Assembly (NCBI GenBank): GCA_002793015.1
Contig: PFPK01000046.1
Coordinates: forward strand, 1-39,261
Direction of reading: 5' to 3'
Length of the DNA: 39,261 bases
DNA from: Candidatus Magasanikbacteria bacterium CG_4_10_14_0_2_um_filter_37_12
Lineage (GTDB): Bacteria > Patescibacteriota > Patescibacteriia > Magasanikbacterales > UBA922
Shown here: positions 1 through 8,359 of the stretch, in pieces
Position numbering within the stretch: position 1 is the stretch's first letter
Layout: each line of letters opens with the position of its first letter
Program-made: the position numbers and the translations under genes
Notes under the pieces: model-generated
Seen by the model: the letters and a program-made list of their open reading frames with translations, nothing else
What the model was told of the DNA's origin: nothing
The model's database searches: none

Positions 1-2082
1 GATTCCGATGTCAGCTTGAGCAAGTGCTGGAGCGTCATTGATTCCATCCCCTACCATAGCGATAATCCTTCCTTTTTCAGCTTGTTGAAGTTTTTTTATG
101 TGCTCCGCCTTATCGCCTGGTAATACCTCTGCAATGATTATGTCAATATCAAGCTCTTTCCCAATGGCTTCAGCCGTAGACTTGTTGTCTCCTGTCATCA
201 TCGCCACTTGGATACCCATCTTATGAAGCACATCAATAGCTTCTTTTGAAGATGTCTTGATTGTATCAGCAAGAGCAAAAACAGCCACATGATTTCCTCC
301 TATAGCCATATAGATCGTTGTTTTTCCATGAGATATAAGCTCGGTTGCCTTTGTGGCAAGTGCAATGTTAAGGACAATGCCTTCTTCATCCATGAGTCGT
401 TTATTTCCCAGAAGAATATTTTTTTGTTCAATACTGCCGGACACGCCACGCCCCTCCACTGCTTTGAAATCATTGACTGACAATACTGGCTTTCTACCTA
501 AAGTCTCTTCTGCAAATACAGCAATTGCACCTGAAAGTGGGTGTTCTGACAAATGTTCGAGTGCATACGCTTGGGCCAAAATATTTTCTTTGTCTTCATT
601 TTCTAATGGCACAAACTCAGTAACTTCTGGTGTTCCATTTGTTAGTGTTCCAGTTTTGTCGAATACAATCGTATGAATACTATGTGCCTTTTCAAGTGCT
701 TCTGCATCCTTTATCAAGATTCCTTTGCTCGCTGCCTTTCCTGTTCCGACCATGATGGCTGTTGGTGTAGCCAGCCCAAGGGCACAAGGACAAGCAATAA
801 TGAGAATAGTCGTGGCAATATAGACTGCCAGCTGTAGTGCACTAGTATCCCCTGGTATCAACCCCAGACTAGGCGCAACAAAAAACCAAAACAAGGCTAA
901 AACAATAGCAATGGAAATGACAATTGGTACAAATACTCCAGATATCTTGTCTGCTAATTTTTGAATTGGGGCAGTTGTACCTTGTGCTTCTTCTACCATC
1001 TTGATAATTTGAGAGAGCATCGTTTCACTGCCAACATGTTCAGCTTTAAACTGGAATGTACTGGTTTTGTTGATTGTAGCACCAATAACCTTGCCCCCTA
1101 CTTTTTTTTCTACAGGAATTGACTCGCCTGTGACCATGGATTCATCAATGGTACTGGCTCCAGAAGTAATCTGTCCGTCCACGGGAATTTTTTCTCCTGG
1201 ACGAACGACAATGGTATCACCTTTTCGTACATCACTTACGGCAATCTTCACTTCTTCACCATTTCTTATTACTGTGGCCTCTTTTGCCTGAAGTCGAAAG
1301 AGAGCCTTTACAGCATCGCTAGTCTTGGCTTTTGCTCGTGCTTCAAGTAAGCGCCCTAGCAGAATGAAAAATACAATGAAAACCGATGCTTCAAAAAATC
1401 CATCACTGGCTACATCACCAAACAGGTGCGGAGCAAACGTTACTAGAGTCGAGAATAGCCACGCCGTCGTGGTGCCAAGAGCAATCAGTGTGTCCATATT
1501 TGCGTTTCTTACTTTCAAAGCGTGCCAGGTACTGATAAAAAACTGTTTTCCTCCAATAAACAAAATTGGTGTTGTAAGTAAAAATTGTAAAAATTGCAAA
1601 ACTTGAATTTTGTATATGCTTCCAGTAAATGTGATAAAACCAAATAGTGGATTCATCATCTCATTGGCAACAGATGGGCGAAAAGCCATAGAAATCATCA
1701 AGATAAGGAAAGGAATTGCTCCAAGCCCTACCAATGTTACTGTCTTTTTCAACTTCTGATATTCTTCTTTTTTGAGAGCTGACGCATGGCTCTTGTGATC
1801 CATGTTTGGTCCATTCATCTCATGTATTTTTTGAGCTTCTGACGGTGAGGCAAGCACTGTGCCTGAATCTCCAGCAATCAACTTGTACCCCCCAGCACTC
1901 TGAACAGCCTCACCTATTTTGGCAATAGTCACTTGTGATTCATCATACTCAACAGTCATAATTTCGCTGGCATAATTTACATTGACTAATTCTACACCGC
2001 TCAATTTGTTGACCATTTTTTCAATTAATTTTTTGCAGGATGCACAGTGCATGCCGACAATTGGATATTGTTCTTTTTTCAT
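1..2082 (-). CDS. copA: Copper-translocating P1B-type ATPase, 3' end beyond the window
   Basis: Not in the ORF track; translated by hand from ATG at 2082: [16 protein letters not shown] (HMA CxxC), [45 protein letters not shown]. Frame is open to position 1. Confidence 0.95.
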   Translation of the reverse strand, partial: MKKEQYPIVGMHCASCKKLIEKMVNKLSGVELVNVNYASEIMTVEYDESQVTIAKIGEAVQSAGGYKLIAGDSGTVLASPSEAQKIHEMNGPNMDHKSHASALKKEEYQKLKKTVTLVGLGAIPFLILMISMAFRPSVANEMMNPLFGFITFTGSIYKIQVLQFLQFLLTTPILFIGGKQFFISTWHALKVRNANMDTLIALGTTTAWLFSTLVTFAPHLFGDVASDGFFEASVFIVFFILLGRLLEARAKAKTSDAVKALFRLQAKEATVIRNGEEVKIAVSDVRKGDTIVVRPGEKIPVDGQITSGASTIDESMVTGESIPVEKKVGGKVIGATINKTSTFQFKAEHVGSETMLSQIIKMVEEAQGTTAPIQKLADKISGVFVPIVISIAIVLALFWFFVAPSLGLIPGDTSALQLAVYIATTILIIACPCALGLATPTAIMVGTGKAASKGILIKDAEALEKAHSIHTIVFDKTGTLTNGTPEVTEFVPLENEDKENILAQAYALEHLSEHPLSGAIAVFAEETLGRKPVLSVNDFKAVEGRGVSGSIEQKNILLGNKRLMDEEGIVLNIALATKATELISHGKTTIYMAIGGNHVAVFALADTIKTSSKEAIDVLHKMGIQVAMMTGDNKSTAEAIGKELDIDIIIAEVLPGDKAEHIKKLQQAEKGRIIAMVGDGINDAPALAQADIGI

Positions 2083-2094
2083 AAATCAAAAAAT

Positions 2095-2481
2095 TTATAT
2101 TATGGCACTAATCATATTTTTTAGTTTTTCTTCTACTTCTCGAGCCATTTTAACAAGTTTGTCATTTTTTACCATGTTCATAGCCACACTAGGTTGTATT
2201 GCTGACACAACAACATGCCCATCTACCCCATATAAAATAACATTACATGGTAGTAATAAACCAATTTCTTTTTCTGCTTTCAACGCTTCGTATGCAAAAG
2301 ACGGATTACATACCCCAAGAATAAAATAGTTTTCAAAATCAACACCGAGCTTTTTCTTGAGTGTTGCTCGAACATCTATTTCAGTAAGGATGCCAAACCC
2401 TTCTTTTGTGAGTGCGTCTTTTGTTTTTTCAATTGCCTCTTTAAAAGAACAAACAATTGTAGTTCTCATTCCATAGTTCAT
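2095..2481 (-). CDS. DUF302 family protein
   Basis: GFGILTEIDVRATLKKKL, ILGVCNP, IGLLLPCNV are typical of DUF302, which is often found in metal-resistance clusters. Confidence 0.88.
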   Translation of the reverse strand: MNYGMRTTIVCSFKEAIEKTKDALTKEGFGILTEIDVRATLKKKLGVDFENYFILGVCNPSFAYEALKAEKEIGLLLPCNVILYGVDGHVVVSAIQPSVAMNMVKNDKLVKMAREVEEKLKNMISAII

Positions 2482-2507
2482 AAAATATAATATAAAATAT
2501 AAATAGA

Positions 2508-2536
2508 GCGTCTGTTGTTATATAAAAAACAGACGC
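2508..2536 (-). terminator. Intergenic hairpin, weak terminator or stabiliser
   Basis: GCGTCTGTT (2508-2516) / AACAGACGC (2528-2536) inverted repeat, followed by an imperfect U-rich tract on the minus strand. Confidence 0.45.
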
Positions 2537-2561
2537 CGAATATATACTTTACTTTATGTAA

Positions 2562-2843
2562 TTATTCTTTGTGACAGTCTGTTCTTTTTTTAAAACAACA
2601 CCCCACTAATATCCAAAGGCCAACTCCTACATATCCACAAATATACGTCTGGAACAATCCTGAAATAAAACTCTGTATATTCATTCCAGAAAAACCAACG
2701 TAACTAAGTCGAAACATCTGCAGATGCATTGTTTGTTCTACTGGATGTACAAAATACCATACAAAACAGACAATAAAAAGAAGTGATAAGAATAATCCGA
2801 TGCTGTTTCCACATCGCCAAAATCCACATTCTGGTTTATGCAT
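2562..2843 (-). CDS. Small two-TM Cys/His-rich membrane protein (DUF5676-like)
   Basis: Start moved to ATG 2843 because AGGAGG lies at 2857-2852, 8 nt upstream. Two hydrophobic helices; C-terminus GCCFKKRTDCHKE. Confidence 0.65.
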   Translation of the reverse strand: MHKPECGFWRCGNSIGLFLSLLFIVCFVWYFVHPVEQTMHLQMFRLSYVGFSGMNIQSFISGLFQTYICGYVGVGLWILVGCCFKKRTDCHKE

Positions 2844-2881
2844 ACATATCACCTCCTTTCAAAGTAGGCTATTTTATACAT

Positions 2882-2909
2882 AGTATACACTATATGTATG
2901 TGTTAGCAA
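2882..2909 (-). promoter_or_regulatory. Possible internal sigma70 promoter with overlapping inverted repeat
   Basis: TTGCTA (2909-2904)-16 nt-TATACT (2887-2882). ATACATA-N10-TATGTAT at 2876-2899. Confidence 0.45.
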
Positions 2910-2939
2910 CTCATCTTGTGCCAAAAATACCTGAAAAAA

Positions 2940-3860
2940 TTACTCTTTTTCAGGTATAATTACTTTGTTTGTCTTCAAATCATTATATGTAACTTTACCG
3001 AGAGCTTCGTTTTTTCTGAATACAAACGTACCATCTTGTTCCTTTGTACCAACCTGAGACCAGATATTACTTATGGTAGCATATTCGTCCACCTCACTTG
3101 AAAGTATTATTGTAGGGACACTAGTGATAGTGTATCTAGCAAGCAATTCCTGCCCTTCCTCGCTTTGGATATCAAGAAGTGTCTCAGAATTAACAGCCAC
3201 ACCGAATTGTGCCAATATTGAACGCTGTACTTGACGTACATCATAACATTCAGTACAGCTAGCATCCGCAAGATAAATCACGTCCACAAGACCAAGTATT
3301 TTATTATCTTCCATATTTAAATATGGCGGAATTTTGTCTTCCCACACAAGTGTATTCTCGTCAACAACTTTAGAACTTTCTTGCAAAACTTTTTTGACAG
3401 ATGATTTAATCGTGTCGTCACTTAAAAACAACATGGCTGGGAGATGTTCAAACTTATATTTTTTTATTAGTGACTGGCCTTCTTCACTTTCTGCAGATAC
3501 TGTTCTGGTATCCAACAAGTCGACGTTTTGTTTTTCAACAAAGGATTTTTCTATATCCATTGCTCCACACAACGGACATTCTTCCGGAACGACAACAAGC
3601 AATGTCCCCTCTTGTGGCTTTGTAATACTAATTGCTTCATCAAGTTTTCCACTCATGCGAAATGTAAACAATCCCATGACAAGAAAATTTAGAATGAAAA
3701 TTATTCCCAGTATCAAAAGAAGAGTTTCCGTTGGATTCTTCGTTCCTGGTAATGAAATATATTTTTGCTTTGTCTCTCCATCATCACAACATCCTTCATC
3801 TTTTTTTTCTAGATCTTCTTTGAGATCTTGATTATGCTCTTTTTTGGAATTTGTTAACAT
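2940..3860 (-). CDS. Membrane-anchored protein with two tandem thioredoxin-like CxxC domains
   Basis: N-terminal GCCDD, one TM helix, then two homologous repeats (ECPLC...EEGQSLIKKYKFEHLPAMLF and SCTEC...EEGQELLARYTITSVPTIIL). Confidence 0.7.
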   Translation of the reverse strand: MLTNSKKEHNQDLKEDLEKKDEGCCDDGETKQKYISLPGTKNPTETLLLILGIIFILNFLVMGLFTFRMSGKLDEAISITKPQEGTLLVVVPEECPLCGAMDIEKSFVEKQNVDLLDTRTVSAESEEGQSLIKKYKFEHLPAMLFLSDDTIKSSVKKVLQESSKVVDENTLVWEDKIPPYLNMEDNKILGLVDVIYLADASCTECYDVRQVQRSILAQFGVAVNSETLLDIQSEEGQELLARYTITSVPTIILSSEVDEYATISNIWSQVGTKEQDGTFVFRKNEALGKVTYNDLKTNKVIIPEKE

Positions 3861-3899
3861 AAAATAATATTATTACAAAAAATAAATTTATGAGAATAT

Positions 3900-4085
3900 T
3901 TAGCACCCCCCTACCATTTGAGGAGCACTGCCATCGTCTGTAAAGCTGACTGCCGTAGGACTTGCTCCGAGTCCGATTTGTGCTTCTTCCAGTTTACTAC
4001 TCATTTGTGCTAACACCACTGTCTGATATGACAGTGCAATAATGACAACGACGAGAATAATTGAAAGTGATTTTTGAGATATCAT
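3900..4085 (-). CDS. Small single-TM protein with C-terminal MVGGC
   Basis: 61 aa, N-terminal hydrophobic helix, ends APQMVGGC, same tail as the upstream gene, operonic spacing. Confidence 0.75.
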   Translation of the reverse strand: MISQKSLSIILVVVIIALSYQTVVLAQMSSKLEEAQIGLGASPTAVSFTDDGSAPQMVGGC

Positions 4086-4130
4086 ACTATTTATAATACT
4101 TACTTAGTTAAATTATTTGTCATTAATTAT

Positions 4131-5303
4131 TTAACATCCACCAACCATACCAGGTGCTGTCGTTTCAGGTGTAAATCCAGATGATGATGCTTGTTTTTTT
4201 AGATCCGTAAGTTCTGCATCTGTTAGATTCATGGTGAGATACTTGATATCTGGAAGAAAATCAGATTTTTCACCAGCAAGTGCACTCGCCATACGTTGTT
4301 GCATTTGTATTGGGAAGTACAATCCTTTTTGTCGCATCAGCTCATAGGCAATCTCTGCGTTTGTCATGTTAGGATAATTTTTGATGAGATACGCAGCTGT
4401 TCCACGCATCGCAATCGAATGAGCGCAAGCACATGTTGGAGATCCGTCTTCACGAACCAATGTTTTTACACCACAACAAAATTCACACGTCACATACGGC
4501 TCAGTACCTATGGCAATATATCGCTCCATCTCTTCGTCAGTGAGCTGAATTGGCTTTGATCCTTGCTGTGGTGCCATAACGCCAAGTTTTGCGATAGACA
4601 CATTGATCGCATTCATATTCGACATATCAAGTCCAAGTTCTGATCCATAAAATGGCAATTCTCTTGGTGTCACAAGTGCCACAACATCCTTTGCAAAATC
4701 TCCTGTCATCAATACTCCCCCACTCATCGTTGATCCTGTTATGGCGTGACCTATACCAATGATCATAGATTGATTAAGAAGAAAAAGAAAAATAATAAGA
4801 GTTATTGTGAGATGATTAAATACATAATGCGACATACTTTTTTGTCCGTCTTCTTTGGGAGCAAACTTCTTCCATAGTAGTGTTATGCCAACGAGTAAAA
4901 GCAAGACTGAGAGAAGGCGAAGTCCCCAAAAATATGGTGATATAGCCATGACGGTTGCTGACAATCCGAACCATCCCAAGAAAAATATCGGACACACTGG
5001 ACAGAGTAATGTAAAAAGCGCAAGAATTCCTGATCCTCCCCCAACAGTACATGTTGTGGCTGTGTGTTGTCTTACGATGTGATAGAGCGCTGTACCAAAT
5101 CCAAATAGGATTGCGAATACTACAACAAATACAATATCCAATGTTGTCCGTTCTGTTAAAAACGAAATTTGGTACCCTACAATAGGAAGTGCCCACATGC
5201 CGTACAGAAATGTTTCTAAAAGAAGTGCTATCGCTGTTGTTCCAGCAAACCAGTACCAGAACGAATCATACGACAGGAGTCTCTGAATTTTGTTCATAGA
5301 CAA
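4131..5303 (-). CDS. Multi-TM Cys-rich putative metal-handling protein with C-terminal MVGGC
   Basis: About 5 TM helices with CPVCP, soluble domain with CEFCCG...CACAHS, ends APGMVGGC. Confidence 0.8.
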   Translation of the reverse strand: MSMNKIQRLLSYDSFWYWFAGTTAIALLLETFLYGMWALPIVGYQISFLTERTTLDIVFVVVFAILFGFGTALYHIVRQHTATTCTVGGGSGILALFTLLCPVCPIFFLGWFGLSATVMAISPYFWGLRLLSVLLLLVGITLLWKKFAPKEDGQKSMSHYVFNHLTITLIIFLFLLNQSMIIGIGHAITGSTMSGGVLMTGDFAKDVVALVTPRELPFYGSELGLDMSNMNAINVSIAKLGVMAPQQGSKPIQLTDEEMERYIAIGTEPYVTCEFCCGVKTLVREDGSPTCACAHSIAMRGTAAYLIKNYPNMTNAEIAYELMRQKGLYFPIQMQQRMASALAGEKSDFLPDIKYLTMNLTDAELTDLKKQASSSGFTPETTAPGMVGGC

Positions 5304-5375
5304 TACATATAATTATGATGCATCTGCGATGGCGCAGCACATTTTTTGTAATTGAGTCAATCTTTTTGCATACAA

Positions 5376-5888
5376 TTATTTCTTTTTTGTATACATCCAT
5401 ACGGCACCGATACCTCCCAACACCAGAATCCACCCAAACAATGTTTGAACAGAAATCTGAGATTGCCAGAAACTTTGTTTTATATTTTGTGGTTGTACCG
5501 TTGCAGGAATATTTTTATTTTCTGCGCGTAAATTTATAGATCTCATCATACCTCCAATCACTTTTGGTAATATACTACCTTCCAATGCTCCTTTCTGGTC
5601 ATCATTACAATAAAAACGTTGTGCCATAATACTGTGCATACGCACCAGATTATCTGAACCATCTCCGCCCATCATAACATCCATAATCTCATGTTCACCA
5701 CCCGGATGGATTTGTTCCATGTAGTAGTCACCGAGATGATCGAGCTGTTCTGTTGTGAGCTGGTCACATGGTGTTTGTTCTTCGATAATATTCTCAGCCT
5801 CTGAAAAAAGTCCTCCCTCTGTATGTGCAAATGCAGTGACAGGGAAGAATATTACAAAGGTAAGGAACATTAAAAAAAATTTATTCAT
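5376..5888 (-). CDS. Exported His/Met-rich protein with C-terminal membrane anchor
   Basis: Signal peptide AFA|HTEG, core MEQIHPGGEHEIMDVMMGG...MHSIM, C-terminal TM followed by KKK. Confidence 0.75.
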   Translation of the reverse strand: MNKFFLMFLTFVIFFPVTAFAHTEGGLFSEAENIIEEQTPCDQLTTEQLDHLGDYYMEQIHPGGEHEIMDVMMGGDGSDNLVRMHSIMAQRFYCNDDQKGALEGSILPKVIGGMMRSINLRAENKNIPATVQPQNIKQSFWQSQISVQTLFGWILVLGGIGAVWMYTKKK

Positions 5889-5928
5889 ATATTTTAGTTA
5901 TTAAACAATAATATTTTTATGATATTAT

Positions 5929-6369
5929 CTACCAATCACGGCAACAGGCAATGATCTGCTCAACAAGTTTGTGTATCTTTGGATTCCTTCGTGTCAAATA
6001 AATACTCCCAAATAACAGCCAAATAATAACGACAAAAGTACTCGCAAAAATCGCTTTTTCTGTCCAAGTAAGCACAACATACACCAAGAACGTCCCCGTC
6101 AAAATATAAGGAAGTCGAAAGAGATGAAATCGTTCATCAAGCCGTTTTTCAAGCAAATAATACATTCCGATGATACTCTGCCCCATTAATAATGCAATAA
6201 CTAACTCATCTTTGTAATACCCAAACAAGGATAGTACAAGTAGTAACACCCATGTACCACTCACAGCACTACATATTACACAAAATTTCCATGTCGTAAT
6301 ACGTTTTACTGCCAGCCCAATGACAAATAGTGTGGTGATTGAAACAAGGGCAATCGTGATGTCATTCAT
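5929..6369 (-). CDS. Membrane protein with CxxC and C-terminal CC
   Basis: Start moved to ATG 6369, which overlaps the upstream TGA (ATGA). FCVICSAVSGTW, several TM helices, IIACCRDW. Confidence 0.75.
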   Translation of the reverse strand: MNDITIALVSITTLFVIGLAVKRITTWKFCVICSAVSGTWVLLLVLSLFGYYKDELVIALLMGQSIIGMYYLLEKRLDERFHLFRLPYILTGTFLVYVVLTWTEKAIFASTFVVIIWLLFGSIYLTRRNPKIHKLVEQIIACCRDW

Positions 6370-6899
6370 AGGCCAAATTGGATAACAAGTGATACAAGCA
6401 CAAGCAAAGTAAGGGTAATCACAATGCCTTGGTAGGGAATGATTTTGCCGTTCTGTCGTTTTTTTATCCATGAACTAATATATGGTGATACCAACATAAT
6501 GACAGCTCCGATAATACTTCCCATCAAAAAATTATGGATCAAGTATGTTCTGTTGAAGATATTTCCGTATGGGCCAAACCAATAAATATTGATAGACATA
6601 TACTCACTTACTAGCGGAAGCATTGGTACGACAGTAGAAACGACAACCAAAATAGTAATAATCGTTGACTGATATAGGATTACCTGCTTCCATTTTTTTG
6701 CCAGTCGCGCCATCCACAAGCCAAGGGCGAGTGCAAAGGCTCCGATAAATACGCCAACTGCCATGGTACTTACTCCTAAATATGTCGCCCCAACAGCAAG
6801 TGTGCCAGCACCGATCGTACACAAAGGGCAATGTGCTTTTGCAACTGTTGGGATAAACAATAGGAGGCCACTGAGAAGTATTATAATCTGTTTTTTCAT
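6366..6899 (-). CDS. Membrane protein with HCPLC motif after the signal peptide
   Basis: Start moved to ATG 6899 (MKKQIIILL). AKA|HCPLCTIGAG followed by 4-5 TM helices. Confidence 0.75.
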   Translation of the reverse strand: MKKQIIILLSGLLLFIPTVAKAHCPLCTIGAGTLAVGATYLGVSTMAVGVFIGAFALALGLWMARLAKKWKQVILYQSTIITILVVVSTVVPMLPLVSEYMSINIYWFGPYGNIFNRTYLIHNFLMGSIIGAVIMLVSPYISSWIKKRQNGKIIPYQGIVITLTLLVLVSLVIQFGL

Positions 6900-6909
6900 A
6901 AAGAATACG

Positions 6910-7428
6910 TTAGAGGAACATAAACGATACTGTTCCACCATCTCTATCAAAACTATAGACGTTAAAAGCTGATCGCTTTGTACCTGGCATACCTGGAGAT
7001 CCGACAGGCATACCCGCCATACCAATACCTTTGACATCTGAGTGTAAAGCAAGAAGTTGTTGTATTGCTTCAACAGGCACATGCCCTTCGACTACATATT
7101 CTTCATCCCCGACAACAGTCGTGTGACAACTTGACTGATCCATTGGCACACCATATTTTTCTTTTGTGGGAGAAATATCGTCTACATCAATAACTTCCAC
7201 ATTATATCCTTCTCGCTTGAGATACGAAATATAATTTCCACAACATCCACAAGTTGGAGATTTGTATACCGTCATGTGTGGCTTCTCCGTGTTTAAAGCA
7301 AGAGTTTTTTCACTTCCCAACCCGATATTTGTAGATTTACCGCCTGATGCAAACAACATGCCAGTGCCTAGAACGATGAACACAATACCTATAGACAGCA
7401 CGACCGCTTGTTTCTTTTTCTTTTTCAT
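6910..7428 (-). CDS. DUF411 / CopG-like periplasmic metal-binding protein
   Basis: VYKSPTCGCC, SCHT, VEGHVP, GMPVGSPGM are DUF411 motifs. Likely start is ATG 7428, downstream of the terminator hairpin. Confidence 0.9.
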   Translation of the reverse strand: MKKKKKQAVVLSIGIVFIVLGTGMLFASGGKSTNIGLGSEKTLALNTEKPHMTVYKSPTCGCCGNYISYLKREGYNVEVIDVDDISPTKEKYGVPMDQSSCHTTVVGDEEYVVEGHVPVEAIQQLLALHSDVKGIGMAGMPVGSPGMPGTKRSAFNVYSFDRDGGTVSFMFL

Positions 7429-7451
7429 ATATGACAAAATAAATATGTTAC

Positions 7452-7487
7452 AAAAAACGTCCACTCTTTTTGCTGAGTGGACGTTTT
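7452..7487 (-). terminator. Intrinsic terminator (attenuator) between the leader ORF and the copper operon
   Basis: Minus strand AAAACGTCCACTC-AGCAAAAA-GAGTGGACGTTTTTTG: perfect 13-bp inverted repeat ending in a U6 tract. Confidence 0.85.
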
Positions 7488-7533
7488 AATATACACCAAA
7501 AATTATACTATTATTGGTATATAGGCACGTCCA
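7478..7533 (-). promoter_or_regulatory. Anti-terminator hairpin spanning the leader ORF stop codon
   Basis: TGGACGT (7533-7527) pairs with ACGTCCA (7484-7478, terminator 5' arm). Nested stem TATATACCAA (7523-7514) / TTGGTGTATA (7499-7490); the TAA stop is in the loop. Confidence 0.65.
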
Positions 7534-7940
7534 AAAAAATAATGAGGTAAATTTCCTTTGTTATTTATTGCAAGCCACCGAAGTATTTTTTGCCAAACCA
7601 AAACATGGCTTTCAGGCTCTCTCCTTGTATACCAATAGAGATAAGGAATTCTTACAACATCTTTCAATAAAAATAAAGATATTATAAGATAGACAAAAAA
7701 GAACTCAAAAATGTTGACGCTAGCAAGAGAAGTTAACTGCGATGTGAGAGCTCTAAGGTGTGAAGTAATCATTGCCAATACGTCGGCGTCGCCAACACAT
7801 GATGTATTGATAACATTCGCCATTGGACAGGCATGATCTTCCATGTCTCCCATATTTTCCATACTCGTAATAGACAATACTCCTATATAAAAAATAGAGG
7901 AAAAAGTGATAGCTATGGTAATGGCGATAAATCTTATCAT
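7503..7940 (-). CDS. Putative metal-sensing leader membrane protein
   Basis: N-terminal TM, MENMGDMEDHACPM...C...H segment, second TM, C-terminal WQKILRWLAINNKGNLP. First gene after the promoter. Confidence 0.65.
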   Translation of the reverse strand: MIRFIAITIAITFSSIFYIGVLSITSMENMGDMEDHACPMANVINTSCVGDADVLAMITSHLRALTSQLTSLASVNIFEFFFVYLIISLFLLKDVVRIPYLYWYTRREPESHVLVWQKILRWLAINNKGNLPHYFFGRAYIPIIV

Positions 7941-7948
7941 ATATTAAT

Positions 7949-7977
7949 ATTATACAGAAATACATCAAAAAATGCAA
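7949..7977 (-). promoter_or_regulatory. Sigma70 promoter of the leader ORF and copper operon (near-leaderless)
   Basis: TTGCAT (7977-7972)-17 nt-TATAAT (7954-7949); ATG lies 8 nt downstream; no SD. Confidence 0.7.
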
Positions 7978-8020
7978 GGTTTTATCTTTTAATTTTATTA
8001 TTTACATTACAGAAAAAAAA

Positions 8021-8203
8021 CTACCTAGCTCCTTTATCACCTCTGTTACCAACACTGCGTTGTCTTTTGGCACCTGTTGGGCTACTATTTTTGGCATGAA
8101 ATCCTTTTTGGCTGCTCACTTGCAGATTTTGGTATGTCTTCGTGGAAGCATCACCAGATTTCTTTTCTGCTTCTTTTAATTTTTTTAAAACTTTGTTTAG
8201 CAT
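8021..8203 (-). CDS. Small basic hypothetical protein
   Basis: 60 aa, Lys/Arg-rich, ATG start, on the majority strand, fills an intergenic gap. Confidence 0.45.
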   Translation of the reverse strand: MLNKVLKKLKEAEKKSGDASTKTYQNLQVSSQKGFHAKNSSPTGAKRQRSVGNRGDKGAR

Positions 8204-8312
8204 ATATTTTGATTACTAATATGATGTTTAAATAAATTTTATCAAATTTATGATAAAAAGTACAGCCCTCGTCAGTTTGAACATCTCACCTCTATAATTA
8301 AATGTTCAAATT

Positions 8313-8341
8313 AAAAAATTCGCTATGGCAAGCGAATTTTT
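8313..8341 (-). terminator. Terminator downstream of tRNA-Asn
   Basis: AAAAATTCGCT-N6-AGCGAATTTTT inverted repeat with A/T tracts. Confidence 0.65.
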
Positions 8342-8359
8342 AAAGTTTTCTAACTTTTG

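Noticed and set aside
289..2329. Plus-strand ORFs at 289-2329
   Set aside because: Antisense shadows of copA and the DUF302 gene; no protein-like motifs.
6900..7082. Extended N-termini of the 238-aa and 180-aa ORFs
   Set aside because: They overlap upstream genes in other frames; ATG 6899 and ATG 6369 give clean operon junctions.
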